From assembly GCF_006345805.1 (NCBI RefSeq), contig NC_043012.1:25358001-25422000 (forward strand): 64,000 nt of DNA, read 5' to 3'. The position numbers and the translations under genes were made by a program. The DNA comes from Octopus sinensis. Taxonomy: Eukaryota. Shown here piece by piece: positions 1 through 13,608 of the stretch; position 1 is the stretch's first letter; each line of letters starts with the position of its first letter. The notes below the pieces were generated by a model, which was not told where the DNA came from, did no database searches, and saw only the letters and a list, made by a program, of their open reading frames with translations.

Positions 1-421
1 TGCCATATTAGGGCCCTCTGGCTATTAACATTTTAAAAGAATATTCGCCGAATTGTCTAAGAAAAGGCAGAGTTGGTTTTAAAAAGTCGAAGATATGGAT
101 ATATTTAATTGTTTCGTTGTCTTGGTTAAAAGAAATGTGTGAAACTTGAAAAATAAACCTCGTTAGGAGAATAGAATTGCCTCAAACATTAACAGCTGTA
201 CAAGACGTCTGTGCTGCCCCCTATGTCCAGTTTTCGAAGAGATGCTGTCACTTTAGTAACATTCACACACGCAGTGCTAGCTAAAACATTGAAGAACCAG
301 AAAATTAATTTGGACTCTTAAAAGAGAATATATATCAAAGAATATTAAAAAAGGAAGAAAAAATATAAATAAAAAGTGAAAAGAAATATTCCATTGTATA
401 TATGTATGTCTGTGTTTCGAC

Positions 422-433
422 ATACATAATACT

Positions 434-482
<49 letters not shown>

Positions 483-486
483 TATA

Positions 487-536
<50 letters not shown>

Positions 537-649
537 CATGTATATATATATATACATACATATATATATATGTATATATGTATATATATACACATATACA
601 TATATATAATATATATATATATATATTTATATACATACATACATATATA

Positions 650-708
<59 letters not shown>

Positions 709-748
709 TGTATGTATGTATGTATGTATGTATGTATGTATGTATGTA
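422..748. repeat. (TA)n/(TATG)n compound microsatellite
   Basis: Directly visible. It explains the YI/IY/MYVC-rich ORFs in the track. Confidence 0.95.
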
Positions 749-1048
749 CATTCATTGTTGTTTTTGATTAATTCTATTAAGATTTTGATATTTTTATTAT
801 TAACATCTGCACCAGGAGCGTCAATACCGACGCCGCCATCAGTATCATGAGCACCATCATCAGGATGATTAGCATCACCATCGTGATCGATTACTTCTTC
901 CTACTTTTCATCGTCTTCCTCATCACGGTATCAAATTTAAGTTTCATTAACTAAAATCGAAGACATTGCTGGGCATAAGGCTAATTGATTTTCATTATAC
1001 GATAGGATAAATTAATACAATTGTAAACAATATACAATAATAATGATG

Positions 1049-1049
<1 letters not shown>

Positions 1050-1142
<93 letters not shown>

Positions 1143-1286
1143 GTAATATCATTATTGCTATTTTATAAATAAAATGATCACATAATAATAATTAACAACA
1201 TAATAATATTGCTAAAAATGATGATAATGATAAGGATGATGATGATAATAATAATACTAATGATAATAATGATGATGATGCTGAGG

Positions 1287-1322
<36 letters not shown>
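1050..1322. repeat. (AAT)n/(GAT)n microsatellite upstream of the R4/Dong fragment
   Basis: Directly visible tandem AAT runs. Confidence 0.95.
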
Positions 1323-2930
<1,608 letters not shown>

Positions 2931-3594
2931 TTAGCGTAGTCCCTGTCAAAAGTGATGGGATTTTCCATAATATTTCTTCTTACATCTTTATTGTTTTCTA
3001 CTTGTGCAATATTTATTTTTATTCTTCCGTTCTTATTTTTCTTTCCCTGGAAACGTTATCCTTTGATAGAAAAATCTTGAGGGCTACACACGTAACTTAA
3101 AATCACACCGGCTTGCAACATATTCTGTCGAAACTTTGTTTAACTCATTATTTAAATACTATTACGTATAGCTTTAGTAGCCTCGATACACTTATACATA
3201 AAGAGAGGGAGAGCACTAGAGAGAGGAAGAGGTGGAGAGGCTGGAAGTTAAAGAGAAAAAGAAAACGAAGAGTGACAGAAATTGGGGGTGGTTGGAAATT
3301 GACAATCATTGAGAGTGTGACCTTTGACATTTGACCCTGCCTTGAGTGAAGCCGAATTTAGTACTAAAAATAAAATGTATATATTTTTGTTCTTGTGTTT
3401 GAGCATATGGGTGGCAGTGTCTATGGGTAGCCCTGTGCCTCCCCTACCTATCTACACTCTTCCTGGTATAGCTTTTCCTTCTTTCTCCCGACCCCTTCCT
3501 CAGTAAGGCCGTTAATACAATGGGTTTCATTTTTCATTTTTGAAAGTGTAATGACTCCCTGAAATACGCATACAAAACACATTTAACTAAGGTA

Positions 3595-3650
<56 letters not shown>

Positions 3651-3672
3651 TAATAATAATAATAATAATAAC

Positions 3673-3715
<43 letters not shown>

Positions 3716-3717
<2 letters not shown>

Positions 3718-4266
3718 GATGCAGTACCAGGCAGTGGCTCTCATGGCTTCTGATCTTAACTGATTGGAAGTGTTATCATGTACATTGTTTTGTCTTGGTA
3801 TAAAAGATGGGCTACAGCAAATATTCTGCTCAATACCACAGTTTTGCTTGTCAGTTGTTTGACCTTAACCAGTTGAGCATGTCCCTTAGTGGCTGATGAT
3901 ATGTGCATCTCTGATCACGAGCAGAAGTAGTGGGAAAGCATCATAGCCATGTGTTGAGAGGGATTCTTTGGGGTTTGAATAATTCACCTCTGGAAACATG
4001 GGTGGTTCTTTCAACATCCTTAAACAATCTTTATTCAGGGACCTTTTGAGCGGGATGGGCTACTCAACCTGAAGAAAATTCTAACTGGGCCCCACCTGCA
4101 AGGTCATGTGCTGTTTATCTTGATATGAGATCACCATGTCGCGCACATATGGTTGTGATGCATGTGCCTGGTGTACCCTTATCAGACGGGTAGTCATGAT
4201 GGGTATACTGGGCTTCGTATATTTTACCCCAGTGTCACTTTGATGGCATGAACTGCTCTCTCACTC
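3716..4266 (+). mobile_element. 551-bp non-coding interspersed element embedded in (AAT)n, copy 1
   Basis: Runs from CTGATGCAGTACC to CTCTCTCACTC, with (AAT)n on both sides. A reverse-complement copy with the same ends lies at 59848-60398. Confidence 0.85.
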
Positions 4267-4755
4267 AATAATAATAATAACAATAATAACGACAATGACA
4301 AAGACGAAGAACACGATAATGGTGATGATGATGATGATAGGGAGGAGGAGGAAGTGGAGGAGGGGGGGTGATGATGATGATGATGATGATGGTATTGTCG
4401 GAAACAATATCTGTATGTTTAAATCTTTCGCATTTTCCTTACTATTTTCTAACCTTATAAATCCGGTAGCTCATTATAAATTCAACCGTGAACCAACGGA
4501 CGAAATGACTTCGATGGCATTTAGCTGCCTCTCTTTACGCTCTACTTTCACATTCTGCCGAGTTCAATTTGGCATTTTATCCTTCCAGGGTCCATAAATG
4601 TATGTACCAGTCACATAAATGACTGAATTTCATCTGATGAAAATATGAAGGTATGTGCCTCTGTTAGAAATCATAATTGTTCCTCTACCTTCACTAATTA
4701 TTATTATCATTATTATTATTATTATTATTAATATTATTATTATTATTATTATTTG

Positions 4756-5040
4756 GACGGTGAGCTGGCAGAATTGTTAGCAGGCCTGGCAATATGCTTA
4801 GCGGCATTTCGTCCGTCCTTCAAATTCCTCCGAGGTCGAGCTTGGAGAATCGTTAGCGTATGGGACGAAATTCCTGGTGGTATTTCTTCTAACTTTTCGT
4901 GCTGAATTTCCACAAAGGTCAACTACACCTTTCATCCCTGAGGGGTCGATAAAACACAGTACCAGTCATGTACTGGTGTCTATGTAAAAGACTAACGCCT
5001 TCCCCATTAAAAAATTACTGGCTTTGTGCCAAAACTTGAG
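4756..5040 (+). mobile_element. Diverged SINE family A copy
   Basis: Head GGTGAGCTGGCAGAATTGTTAGC and core CCTTTCATCC...GGGGTCGATAAA...GTACCAG. Confidence 0.75.
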
Positions 5041-5056
5041 TTTATTATTATCGTTT

Positions 5057-5132
<76 letters not shown>

Positions 5133-6959
5133 GGCTTTTTCCCCATTTGCTCACTTACTGCCATATTGGATGTTCATTAGTATTTAGATATGATAATATT
5201 AAATTGATGATAACGACATAAATATCAACTTAAAAATGAAAAAAACCAACAAAAATAAATAAAAAGAAAAATGCAAAAAAAAAATTAAACAACAAAAGAT
5301 CCTTCTCTGTGATTTCTTCAAGCACACTTTTTAATATGAATCTGTGTATGTATGTATGTATGTATGTATGTATGTATGTATGTATGTATGTATGTATGTA
5401 TGTATGTATGTATGTATGAGATTGATTCTGCTCGTGTGAGTGTTTGTCTGCATGTATGTATGTGTGTGTATGTGTGCATATGTATGTGTGTGTGTGTGTG
5501 TGAATCTGATGAATACAGCAAAGAAAAACAATGGGGGTTGCGCCCACCTTCTTTACGTCACCAACAAAATCTTCTTGTGGATGAGACGCTGTTTATATTG
5601 TACTTTGTCGCTAACAACATTTTCTTTTATCTTTATCTTGAAGATCATGAGTGTGGCTTCTAAATAGTGTGAATAAAATGTATTGTCTTAAGAAACTTCA
5701 ATTGAACCGAGTTTTTGATTCTGAAAATAAATATTTAAAAAAAAAAACTCATCAAAATACAAATGAAAATTAATATAAAATTTAAACATAAGAATGATGT
5801 ACTCAAATAATTCAACCGATTTGTTTTTGTAACTTCATTTCTTTTACATTATTATAGTTTTTGTTCTTTATCTGATATATATCTTATCATATATTATATT
5901 ATATTATATTATATTATATTACATTATATCATATTATATTAAACTGTATTATATATACAAGTTTTTTCTATTTTCATTTCAATGTAAAATATACTCTTTC
6001 AATTCTTTCAATTTCTTCCTAATGCAAATAAAAATTGCTTTGACAAACTAAAAGAATAATTTGTTTGTTATTTAACATTTTCCAATATTGTGAATGTGTG
6101 CATAGAAACACACATACACACGAATATATATATATACATATACAAGCACAATTAAATGTTATAAACGTTATTCAGGTATGGCAAAATCTTATGAATGTAC
6201 TGGTTAGTTACCTATACAAAGAGTATTGGACACTATATTTAATACTCCATTGCAGAGTAACTATATACACCTAGATTTATATATTTATATATTATTTATT
6301 ATAAAAATAGGATGAGAGAAAAGAAAAGTAATCAATAAATTATTATTTATTAATTAAGAAATTGACAAACATCACTTACAGCTATTTCATTTCAGGCTCT
6401 CAAAGATTAATTAATTAAATTAAAAATTATTTAAAAGTCGAATCTCTTCAGAAGTAGATAAATGTATACAAAGTAGGTTTTCAATTTATTCATATTGAGT
6501 AAGTGGCTGCAAATGGTTAACTAATAAAAATTTATACATGAAGTACATAGTGAAAATATATATTTAAGGTGTACCTCAAAATTGAGATAATTTCGGAGTT
6601 TAATATCATAGCTAATCTACCTATATAAAAGAGGAAAGAAACTTGACACTTTGGCTTTGGTAAAGATTCAATGGCACTAGACGTGCTAGGATCGAACTGA
6701 AAATTAGCAGGGATACTAAATGTGTGGTGCGGATGCGACCTGCGATGGTTAAAATTCGCAGGCTATAAAGATGTGGTTGCTATGGCAAAGAGAGTGAAAA
6801 ATTCATTGTCTTTCAACGGACTTTGACAAATGTTTGTTTTTTCTCCCTAATGGTTATCACCCTTTCTTCTTCCATCTCTCTCTTTACCCCTCCACAGCTT
6901 CTACTCACTCTCTTTCCCTCTCCGTAATCGCTGTCTCTCTGTCGCTCTTTCTCCTCCAG

Positions 6960-6996
<37 letters not shown>

Positions 6997-7155
6997 AGCA
7001 AACTTTTCTAATGGAATCCCCCCGCCAACATACATAACCCCTCTCTCCTTTTCTCTGTTACTCACTCACATTTTCTCTCACTATAACAAGAGAATAACAA
7101 AATTTCAGTTAACTCTCTCGCCCATATCACTCACCCCATCAAACACACACGCGCA

Positions 7156-7205
<50 letters not shown>

Positions 7206-7212
7206 ACGTTCA

Positions 7213-7602
7213 TCTATATATATAAAGCTGAAGTTGTCTGTGTATGGCAGGTTTGGTAGCTTTCAACTAACATTATCTTCTCCGAGACCCTGCGGCACAA
7301 GTTGACCAAAATTGAGAGTATGATAGAAGAAAACTTGCTCTTTCTTCCGTAGAAAAACAATTCAAATCGGACCATATTAACACTAAAACTTACTTACATC
7401 AAAAAGGTGCTTTTATTTCCATGAAAATCCCTATTGTTTTACGATTTTTGACTGCTGTGTCACCATTTTGTGGTGTATTTCAACGAGAAAAATGATCACT
7501 TAAAGAGAATAACAAGCTATATAATGCAAAAGTTTTACTTTTCAAAAATTTCAATTCGAAATGGTCGAAACAAACCCAAGCAACATCGGGCGATACTGCT
7601 AG
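7213..7602 (+). mobile_element. Non-autonomous Helitron (~390 bp)
   Basis: Starts TC (A|TCTATATATATAAAGCTGAAG). Ends with a degenerate GC hairpin CCCAAGCAACATCGGG followed by CTAG|T. Sits between host A and T with no TSD. Confidence 0.75.
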
Positions 7603-8075
7603 TTCTCAATAAAATGATCTCAAATTTTAACAAAATGTGTAAAAACTAATTTTGAACTGGGCATCATATTGATAAGAATGTGCTGTTCAAATTGCCATCG
7701 CGTCCAAGCTGACTTGACAAATTGTAATTTTTTTTCTATGGGGCTATATACTGCCTCTTCTTACAAACCTAGATATAGTCGAGCAGAAAATTTCCGATGT
7801 GTTGGAGAATATTACGTAAGACATACGACAACGTATTTGGCAGGAGGTGGGCTGCTGACTTGACGTGTTACGTGTCACAGGCGGTGCGCGTATTGAACGT
7901 ATGTGAAGCTTTATGAAATCACTTATTAAATCTAAATCTCTCGGAATCACTTGTTCGGTAAAAACTGCATTTGTTATTGTTCAATATGAAACCTTATTCT
8001 ATTTCGTTTTCCTCGGACATGTTGCCGCTCAGACATTCATATTCCAAATTATGTCAATTTCTAGGGAACACCGAG
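7603..8075 (+). mobile_element. Tc1/mariner transposon 3' remnant
   Basis: Degenerate transposase C-terminus DLTNCNFF.WG (cf. SPDLTPCDFFLWG) and ...AGGGLL. Ends in TIR-like TTTCTAGGGAACACCGAG|TA. Confidence 0.7.
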
Positions 8076-8177
8076 TATAATTCTTGGCGGCAATTCGTCC
8101 GACTTTAAAATTCTTAGTTCAAATTCTGCCAAGGTAGACTTTGCCTCACATCCTTTTGGCTCGATAAACACCCCCAC

Positions 8178-8240
<63 letters not shown>

Positions 8241-8504
8241 GATGACACTTAACAGAGTTTACGACTGTCATATTTCCTCACAAGGTATTGGTCGGTCCGA
8301 GTCAGCCGTAATGAGTACGGGTTCTCGGTGCCGCAAAACTGGACTGAACCCGTTAACACCTTGTTGAACAACGATCTGCTTAGCTACCAAGAGAAAATCG
8401 ACTAATAGAAAGACATTTTGTTATGGTTATCTTTTGTTTTTCGGTTATTTGACTGCGGCCATGCTGAATCACCGCCTTTATTCGAACAAACAAATCTACC
8501 CTAG

Positions 8505-8695
8505 TTCTATATTTAAGAGATGAGGAATTAGGTACATTATTTACGTTATTTACAACATTTCGGCTGATATACCCCCCCAGCCTTCATCAGGTGTATTGGG
8601 AAATACCTTAAGAATGAGAACCCAGATTCGAAATTTCCCCAAGACACCTGATGAAGGCTGGAGGGTATATCAACCAAAACGGGTATATCAGCCCT
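8505..8695. mobile_element. Penelope-type pseudo-LTR fragments in inverted arrangement, each with a decayed hammerhead motif
   Basis: Minus-strand copy 8505-8600 and plus-strand copy 8600-8695 of the repeat also found at 19170-19340. CTGATGA-A-GGCTG...CAGCC-GAAA is present on the minus strand. Confidence 0.7.
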
Positions 8696-8814
8696 TTTGA
8701 TCGGAATTTTAAATGTTTTTCTCATGTTCCCCTTTTCTTTTTCCTTTTCGAAAAGAAAAGCTCTACGTTTGTATTTGTCCCCGCTGTGTTTAGCACTGTG
8801 TGGCCAATAAAGTT

Positions 8815-8896
8815 ATCTATCTATCTGTCTATCTATCTATCAGGCTGTCCATCTATCTATCTACCTATATATCTATCTATATATCTATCTATCTAC

Positions 8897-8949
<53 letters not shown>

Positions 8950-9100
8950 AGGCTGTCCATCTATCTATCTATCTATCTATCTATCTGTCTGTCTATCTAT
9001 CTATCTATCTATCTATCTGTCTATCTATCTATCTGTCTATATATGTGTCTGTCTGTCTATCTATCTATCTATTTGTCTGTCTGTCTGTCCGTCTGTCTAT
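8815..9100. repeat. (TATC)n/(TGTC)n microsatellite
   Basis: Directly visible. Confidence 0.95.
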
Positions 9101-9970
9101 ACACATGCAACTATACACTCAATTATGCCATTTAGGCGTGTTGTTTAACTAGACATTGCTTTCCGTGTTAAGCGTCAAGAACATATATTCAATTTTGAAA
9201 TTGTAAATGTAAAATATAAAATATGAAATTTAATTTTCACGTAATCAAATCAAATTAAAAAGAAAAGGTTTTTTTATATAAAATTACGTAAGATTCCTAA
9301 TAAAAGAAAAAAATTATCAAAATATGTAACATTAAAATATTAAATCTATTCTCATAAAAGCATATTTCTTCTTGTACGTAGTTGTGGTTGAGCAAATATA
9401 CAAGACATTTTAAGTAGCTAATTTAATTTGGATGTAATAACATTCATGGCGGAATCGTTTCCAATTATCAGCGAATAAATACCATTATCTATTCATTCAT
9501 TTATTTCTTTATATATTTCTTTATTTATTTATGTATTAATACATTATTTCGTTTATGTACTTATTATTTGTTCTCAAAGCAATCCAATGCAGAAATTTGA
9601 AAATTCTTCGTCCGAATTACTGAATTAAGAATCTATAATGAAATGATTTTCATTTTTGGATATCATTTGCATTTATTTTATTTATTCATTTACCAATTTC
9701 GTAGAACCGAAACATTTTGATTTCACGAAGCGGTGTGTATGTAATTGACGATTATATCGTTTATAGAGTGTTATAGGATTCAGAAAAAATGTCATAGACT
9801 GTGAAATTAAGCGAAATAACATATAACGCATTGCATAAATATCAGATTTATTATATTTTATATATTTTCTCACCTGACCTTTTTTGTCTTTCACTACTTG
9901 GAAATCTTGGTAACAGTTTCAACTGGAAAGACACTCCCACAATTTACATATAAAGGGAATTATCATCTAC

Positions 9971-10002
<32 letters not shown>

Positions 10003-10074
10003 TGTATGTATGTATGTATGTATGTATGTATGTATGTATGTATGTATGTATCAGTAAAGGTTTTAGTTGCCAAT

Positions 10075-10195
10075 TTTGTACAAGAAATTGTAGATCTTTA
10101 GCTGGGCTGAAAAGTCACATTCGATCACAGCACCAGTAACAGTTAAGCTTCGTCCAATGGCCATACTCGATAACGAGAGGGCAGCCATAATAATG
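10075..10195 (+). mobile_element. RTE LINE 3'-terminal fragment
   Basis: Translates AGLKSHIRSQH, resembling the RTE C-terminal zinc-finger-like end. Followed by a short tail and (TATG)n. Confidence 0.55.
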
Positions 10196-10368
10196 TATGT
10201 ATGTGTGTATGTATGTATGTATGTGTGTATGTATGTATGCATGTATGTATGTGTGAATGTATGTATGTATGGATGGATGGATGTATGTGTGTGTATGTAT
10301 ATGTGTGTATGTATGTAAGTATGTATGTATGTATGCATGCATGCATGTATGTATGTATGTATGTGTGA

Positions 10369-10401
<33 letters not shown>

Positions 10402-10451
10402 TGTGTGTATGTATGTATGTATGTATGTATGTATGCAGGTATGCATGCATA

Positions 10452-11450
10452 TGTGAGACAGGCACTGAACAGCAGATGTCTTTGTATCACGTCATTTTTG
10501 CTGAGTTAACGAATGCTTTTGCTACGCTTAACCGAGATGCACAGTGGACAATTCTTGGAAAGATCGGCTGCCCACTATTGTTTATTACTGTGTTTGAGCG
10601 ACTGCACCAGAACATGGTGGCTCGAGTTGTCTTTAAAGCAAAATTGATTGGGAAAATACCCATCGCCAATGGTATAAGTTGAGGCGATATTGCTACTGCC
10701 ACACTCTTTTCTATATTCTTTGCCGTTCAGCTGACGCGTGCGTCTCCCTGACTTCTTCTTTTAGTTCAAAACTACTGGAGGAGCTTCAACTTCAATTCGG
10801 AAACATTTGAAACTTTGGTCAGAGAACTCCTTTATGCAGGTAATGTTGATCGCCTGTTTCACACACCTGATGGCATACAGCATATTATGGGTCCTTTTTG
10901 CAGATTTGTGTACAGCCTTCGGTCTTGAGTCTTAAGTGAAAAATACATCTACGCACTCAGAAAGCACCTGTAGTACTTGGAAGGCTTAGGAAAAGAGACT
11001 TAGAAAACTAATTCATCAACACGACCAAGGTGAGCGTTTGTAATGCACGCTTACTCTTCTGAAAATTCATCGTAAGCATCTGAGATTGTATAAGCGCTTT
11101 TATCATAATTGTTTGAGACACATACTCAACATCAACTGGCAAATGAAAACGCCTGACACTGAATACCTTGCAAAGGTAGGACGCTGAAGCGTTCAGTCAC
11201 TCATCATATCAACCTAGATGCGTTGAATAGGCCATGGCGTGCATATTCCAGATAATACGAATCAAAAAGCAGATGTTCTACGGTGAGCTGCTCATTGGAA
11301 AGCGTCCTTAGCACAAACAAGAACGATAACATGTCTGCATAAAAATAACTTGAACGAACTGCAAATCAATGTAACGAACTCAAGAGAATTAGCTTAGAAA
11401 GAAATGAGCGGAGGAAGCATATAAAGGAAGGTTGTAAAAGATTTGAGGAG
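10452..11450 (+). mobile_element. Degenerate RTE-clade LINE reverse transcriptase fragment
   Basis: EQQMSLYHVIFAELTNAFATLNRDAQWTILGKIGCP (cf. FVDLTKAFDTVNREALW..L.KFGCP) and RELLYAGNV (cf. RELLFADD). Many stops and frameshifts. Confidence 0.85.
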
Positions 11451-12059
11451 GGTCGCTTCCTGAACGAAATCCTAAAGTGCTGGTTTCGGAGGGGTTGTTA
11501 GCAGAACCTCAATGAGACTATAAAAAGCTATTGGTGTGCAACGTGTGACCGTAAGCCCCAGTGCATGTTACGACATTCGTCTGTCGCCAATGCTTTAAAC
11601 CATGCAAATTCGCAACGGAACTGAAATAATCCTCAAAGAGGTCACAGTCGGAAAGTCACAAATGCTATTGACAAACAGGAAGCTCAGAGAGACGGCAATC
11701 ATTTGTGAAGATGAGGCGCTCACCATAAATGTGTGTGTGCGTGTGCGTGCCTGTGTGTGTGTGAGAGAGAGAGAGAGTGTGTGTGTGTGTGCGCGCGAGG
11801 GCGATAGTCGGGGTTTACTGCTTAGAGTGTCGGACTAATGATCGTAAGATTGTGGTTTCGATTCCTAGACAGAACCGTACGTTGTGTTGTTAAAAAAAAA
11901 ATTAGACATTTCACATTGCTGCAGTTCCTTCAGCTGACACAAACGAATATTCCTGCAACAGACAGGTGTCCCGTCCTCTGCAGGGCCATCAACACCAATG
12001 AGTCTCAGAAACTAGCCTTATAAGTACATGGCTCGGAAAACCACTTTTCGTCCAGATTT

Positions 12060-12370
12060 ATATAAATGACTCTCCGTTATGTCTGGCACTCCATTAATCT
12101 CACTGCACATGAGATTAACCTGCATGTAGCTGAGTACACCACAGACACGTTACCCTTAACGTAGTTCCCGGCTAGATTCAGCGTAACAGAGAATGTGACA
12201 AGATTGGCCCCATTTGAATTACAGGTACTAGTCATTTTTACCAGCAGATTAGACTGGAGCAACGTGAAATAAACTGTCTTGCTTAGGGACACAACGAGTC
12301 GCCGGGAATTGAACTCAAGACCTAGCGATTGTGAGCTGAATGCCTCAACCACTAATCCACGTGCCTTCAC
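12060..12370 (-). mobile_element. tRNA-derived SINE family C copy
   Basis: Minus-strand head GGCACGTGGATTAGTGGTTGAGGC...GAGTTCAATTCCC (A/B boxes), then CCCTAAGCAAGACAGTTTATTTCACGTTGCTCCAGTC. Confidence 0.8.
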
Positions 12371-12455
12371 CCAGATTTATATGTATGTGTGTATGTATGT
12401 ATGTATGTATGATTGTGTACATGTATGTATGAATGTATGCATGTATGTATGTATG

Positions 12456-12501
<46 letters not shown>

Positions 12502-12948
12502 GGGTGAATGTTTGTGTGTGCTTATGTGTGCATTTGTGTAGATTCATTTATGCACAAATTGTTCATACTTCATCCTGCAATATACCTAAACACATCATCA
12601 GTAATGTTTCGTGTCTTTCATCAGTCAGATGCCCGCATCAGTGCTACACATCCAGGCGTATTGAAACCGCAACCCCTCACCCCTTAACGTTATCCCAACT
12701 AATACTACTGTTGTTAGGAGTCCTTGCTTCCTTACCTATAACAGGTTTTGATAGCGGCTCGCTTACTGACGCCTGTGGTAAACAGCATCCTGTTCATCAT
12801 TGACTGGAGCAAACTTGGTGCAGGATTTAACCATTTAACTAGTTTAAGAAAAGACTGAAAAGGCAATGAAAGAATCAGTGATCTCAAAGGACGAATTCAG
12901 CTGCAAGCATTGTGGAAAGTGATCGGTAGAGTATATATAACTACAAAA

Positions 12949-13266
12949 GGCGGCGAGCTGGCAGAAACGTTAGCGCGCAGGGCGAAATGCTTAGCGGTAT
13001 TTCGTTTGTCGTTACGTTCTGAGTTCGAAAGACGGCGAGCTGGCAGAAACGTTAGCGCGCAGGGCGAAATGCGCAGCCGTATTTTCGTCTGCCGTTACGT
13101 TCTGAGTTCAAATTCCGCCGAGGTCGACTTTGCCTTTCATCCTTTCGGGGTCGATAATTTAAGTACCATTTACGCACTGGGGTCGATGTAATCGACTTAA
13201 TACCTATGTCTGTCCTTGTTTGTCCCCTCTACGTTTAGCCCCTTGTGGGCAGTAAAGAAATATATT
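12949..13266 (+). mobile_element. SINE family A with duplicated head and 13-bp TSD
   Basis: Head GGCGGCGAGCTGGCAGAAACGTTAG occurs twice; B box GAGTTCAAATTCC. TSD TATAACTACAAAA at 12936-12948 and 13267-13279. Confidence 0.92.
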
Positions 13267-13608
13267 TATAACTACAAAACAGTGCTTCTCTCGTTATGAG
13301 CGAAGGAATGGTAGAGCAAAGAATGGAAAAGAAAGTACTAAACTGTTGCCGTTCATATTTCTGATAAGATATCATGTAATCCGTAAAGAAACGTAAAGAA
13401 ATGTAACTTATAGTTATGATTAATGAAATAGCGATAATATGTGTACTAGACAAAGTATTGGCATCAATCGAAATGATTAAACCATCACGGATGCTGCTCC
13501 AGTATGACCAGAATCTGTTGGCTAAAACCAATACAAGAACAATATAATATAGGATATTCTATGTAAGTTAAGACAACATCGGAACCATATGTTTGGCTAA
13601 TGTGCTTA

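Noticed and set aside
277-850. ORFs rich in YI/IY/MYVC, HT/CV, poly-L/N, K/E/R or F/S here and throughout the window
   Set aside because: They are translations of microsatellites, not proteins.
12735-12837. Minus-strand exon candidate KWLNPAPSLLQSMMNRMLFTTGVSKRAAIKTCY with GTAAGG donor
   Set aside because: No recognisable homology. It is the antisense register of the Reeler-like reading, and its phases join ambiguously to other candidates.
12880-12920. FSCKHCGK as a C2H2 zinc-finger start
   Set aside because: An immediate stop follows, with no F-x5-L-x2-H-x3-H continuation or linker.
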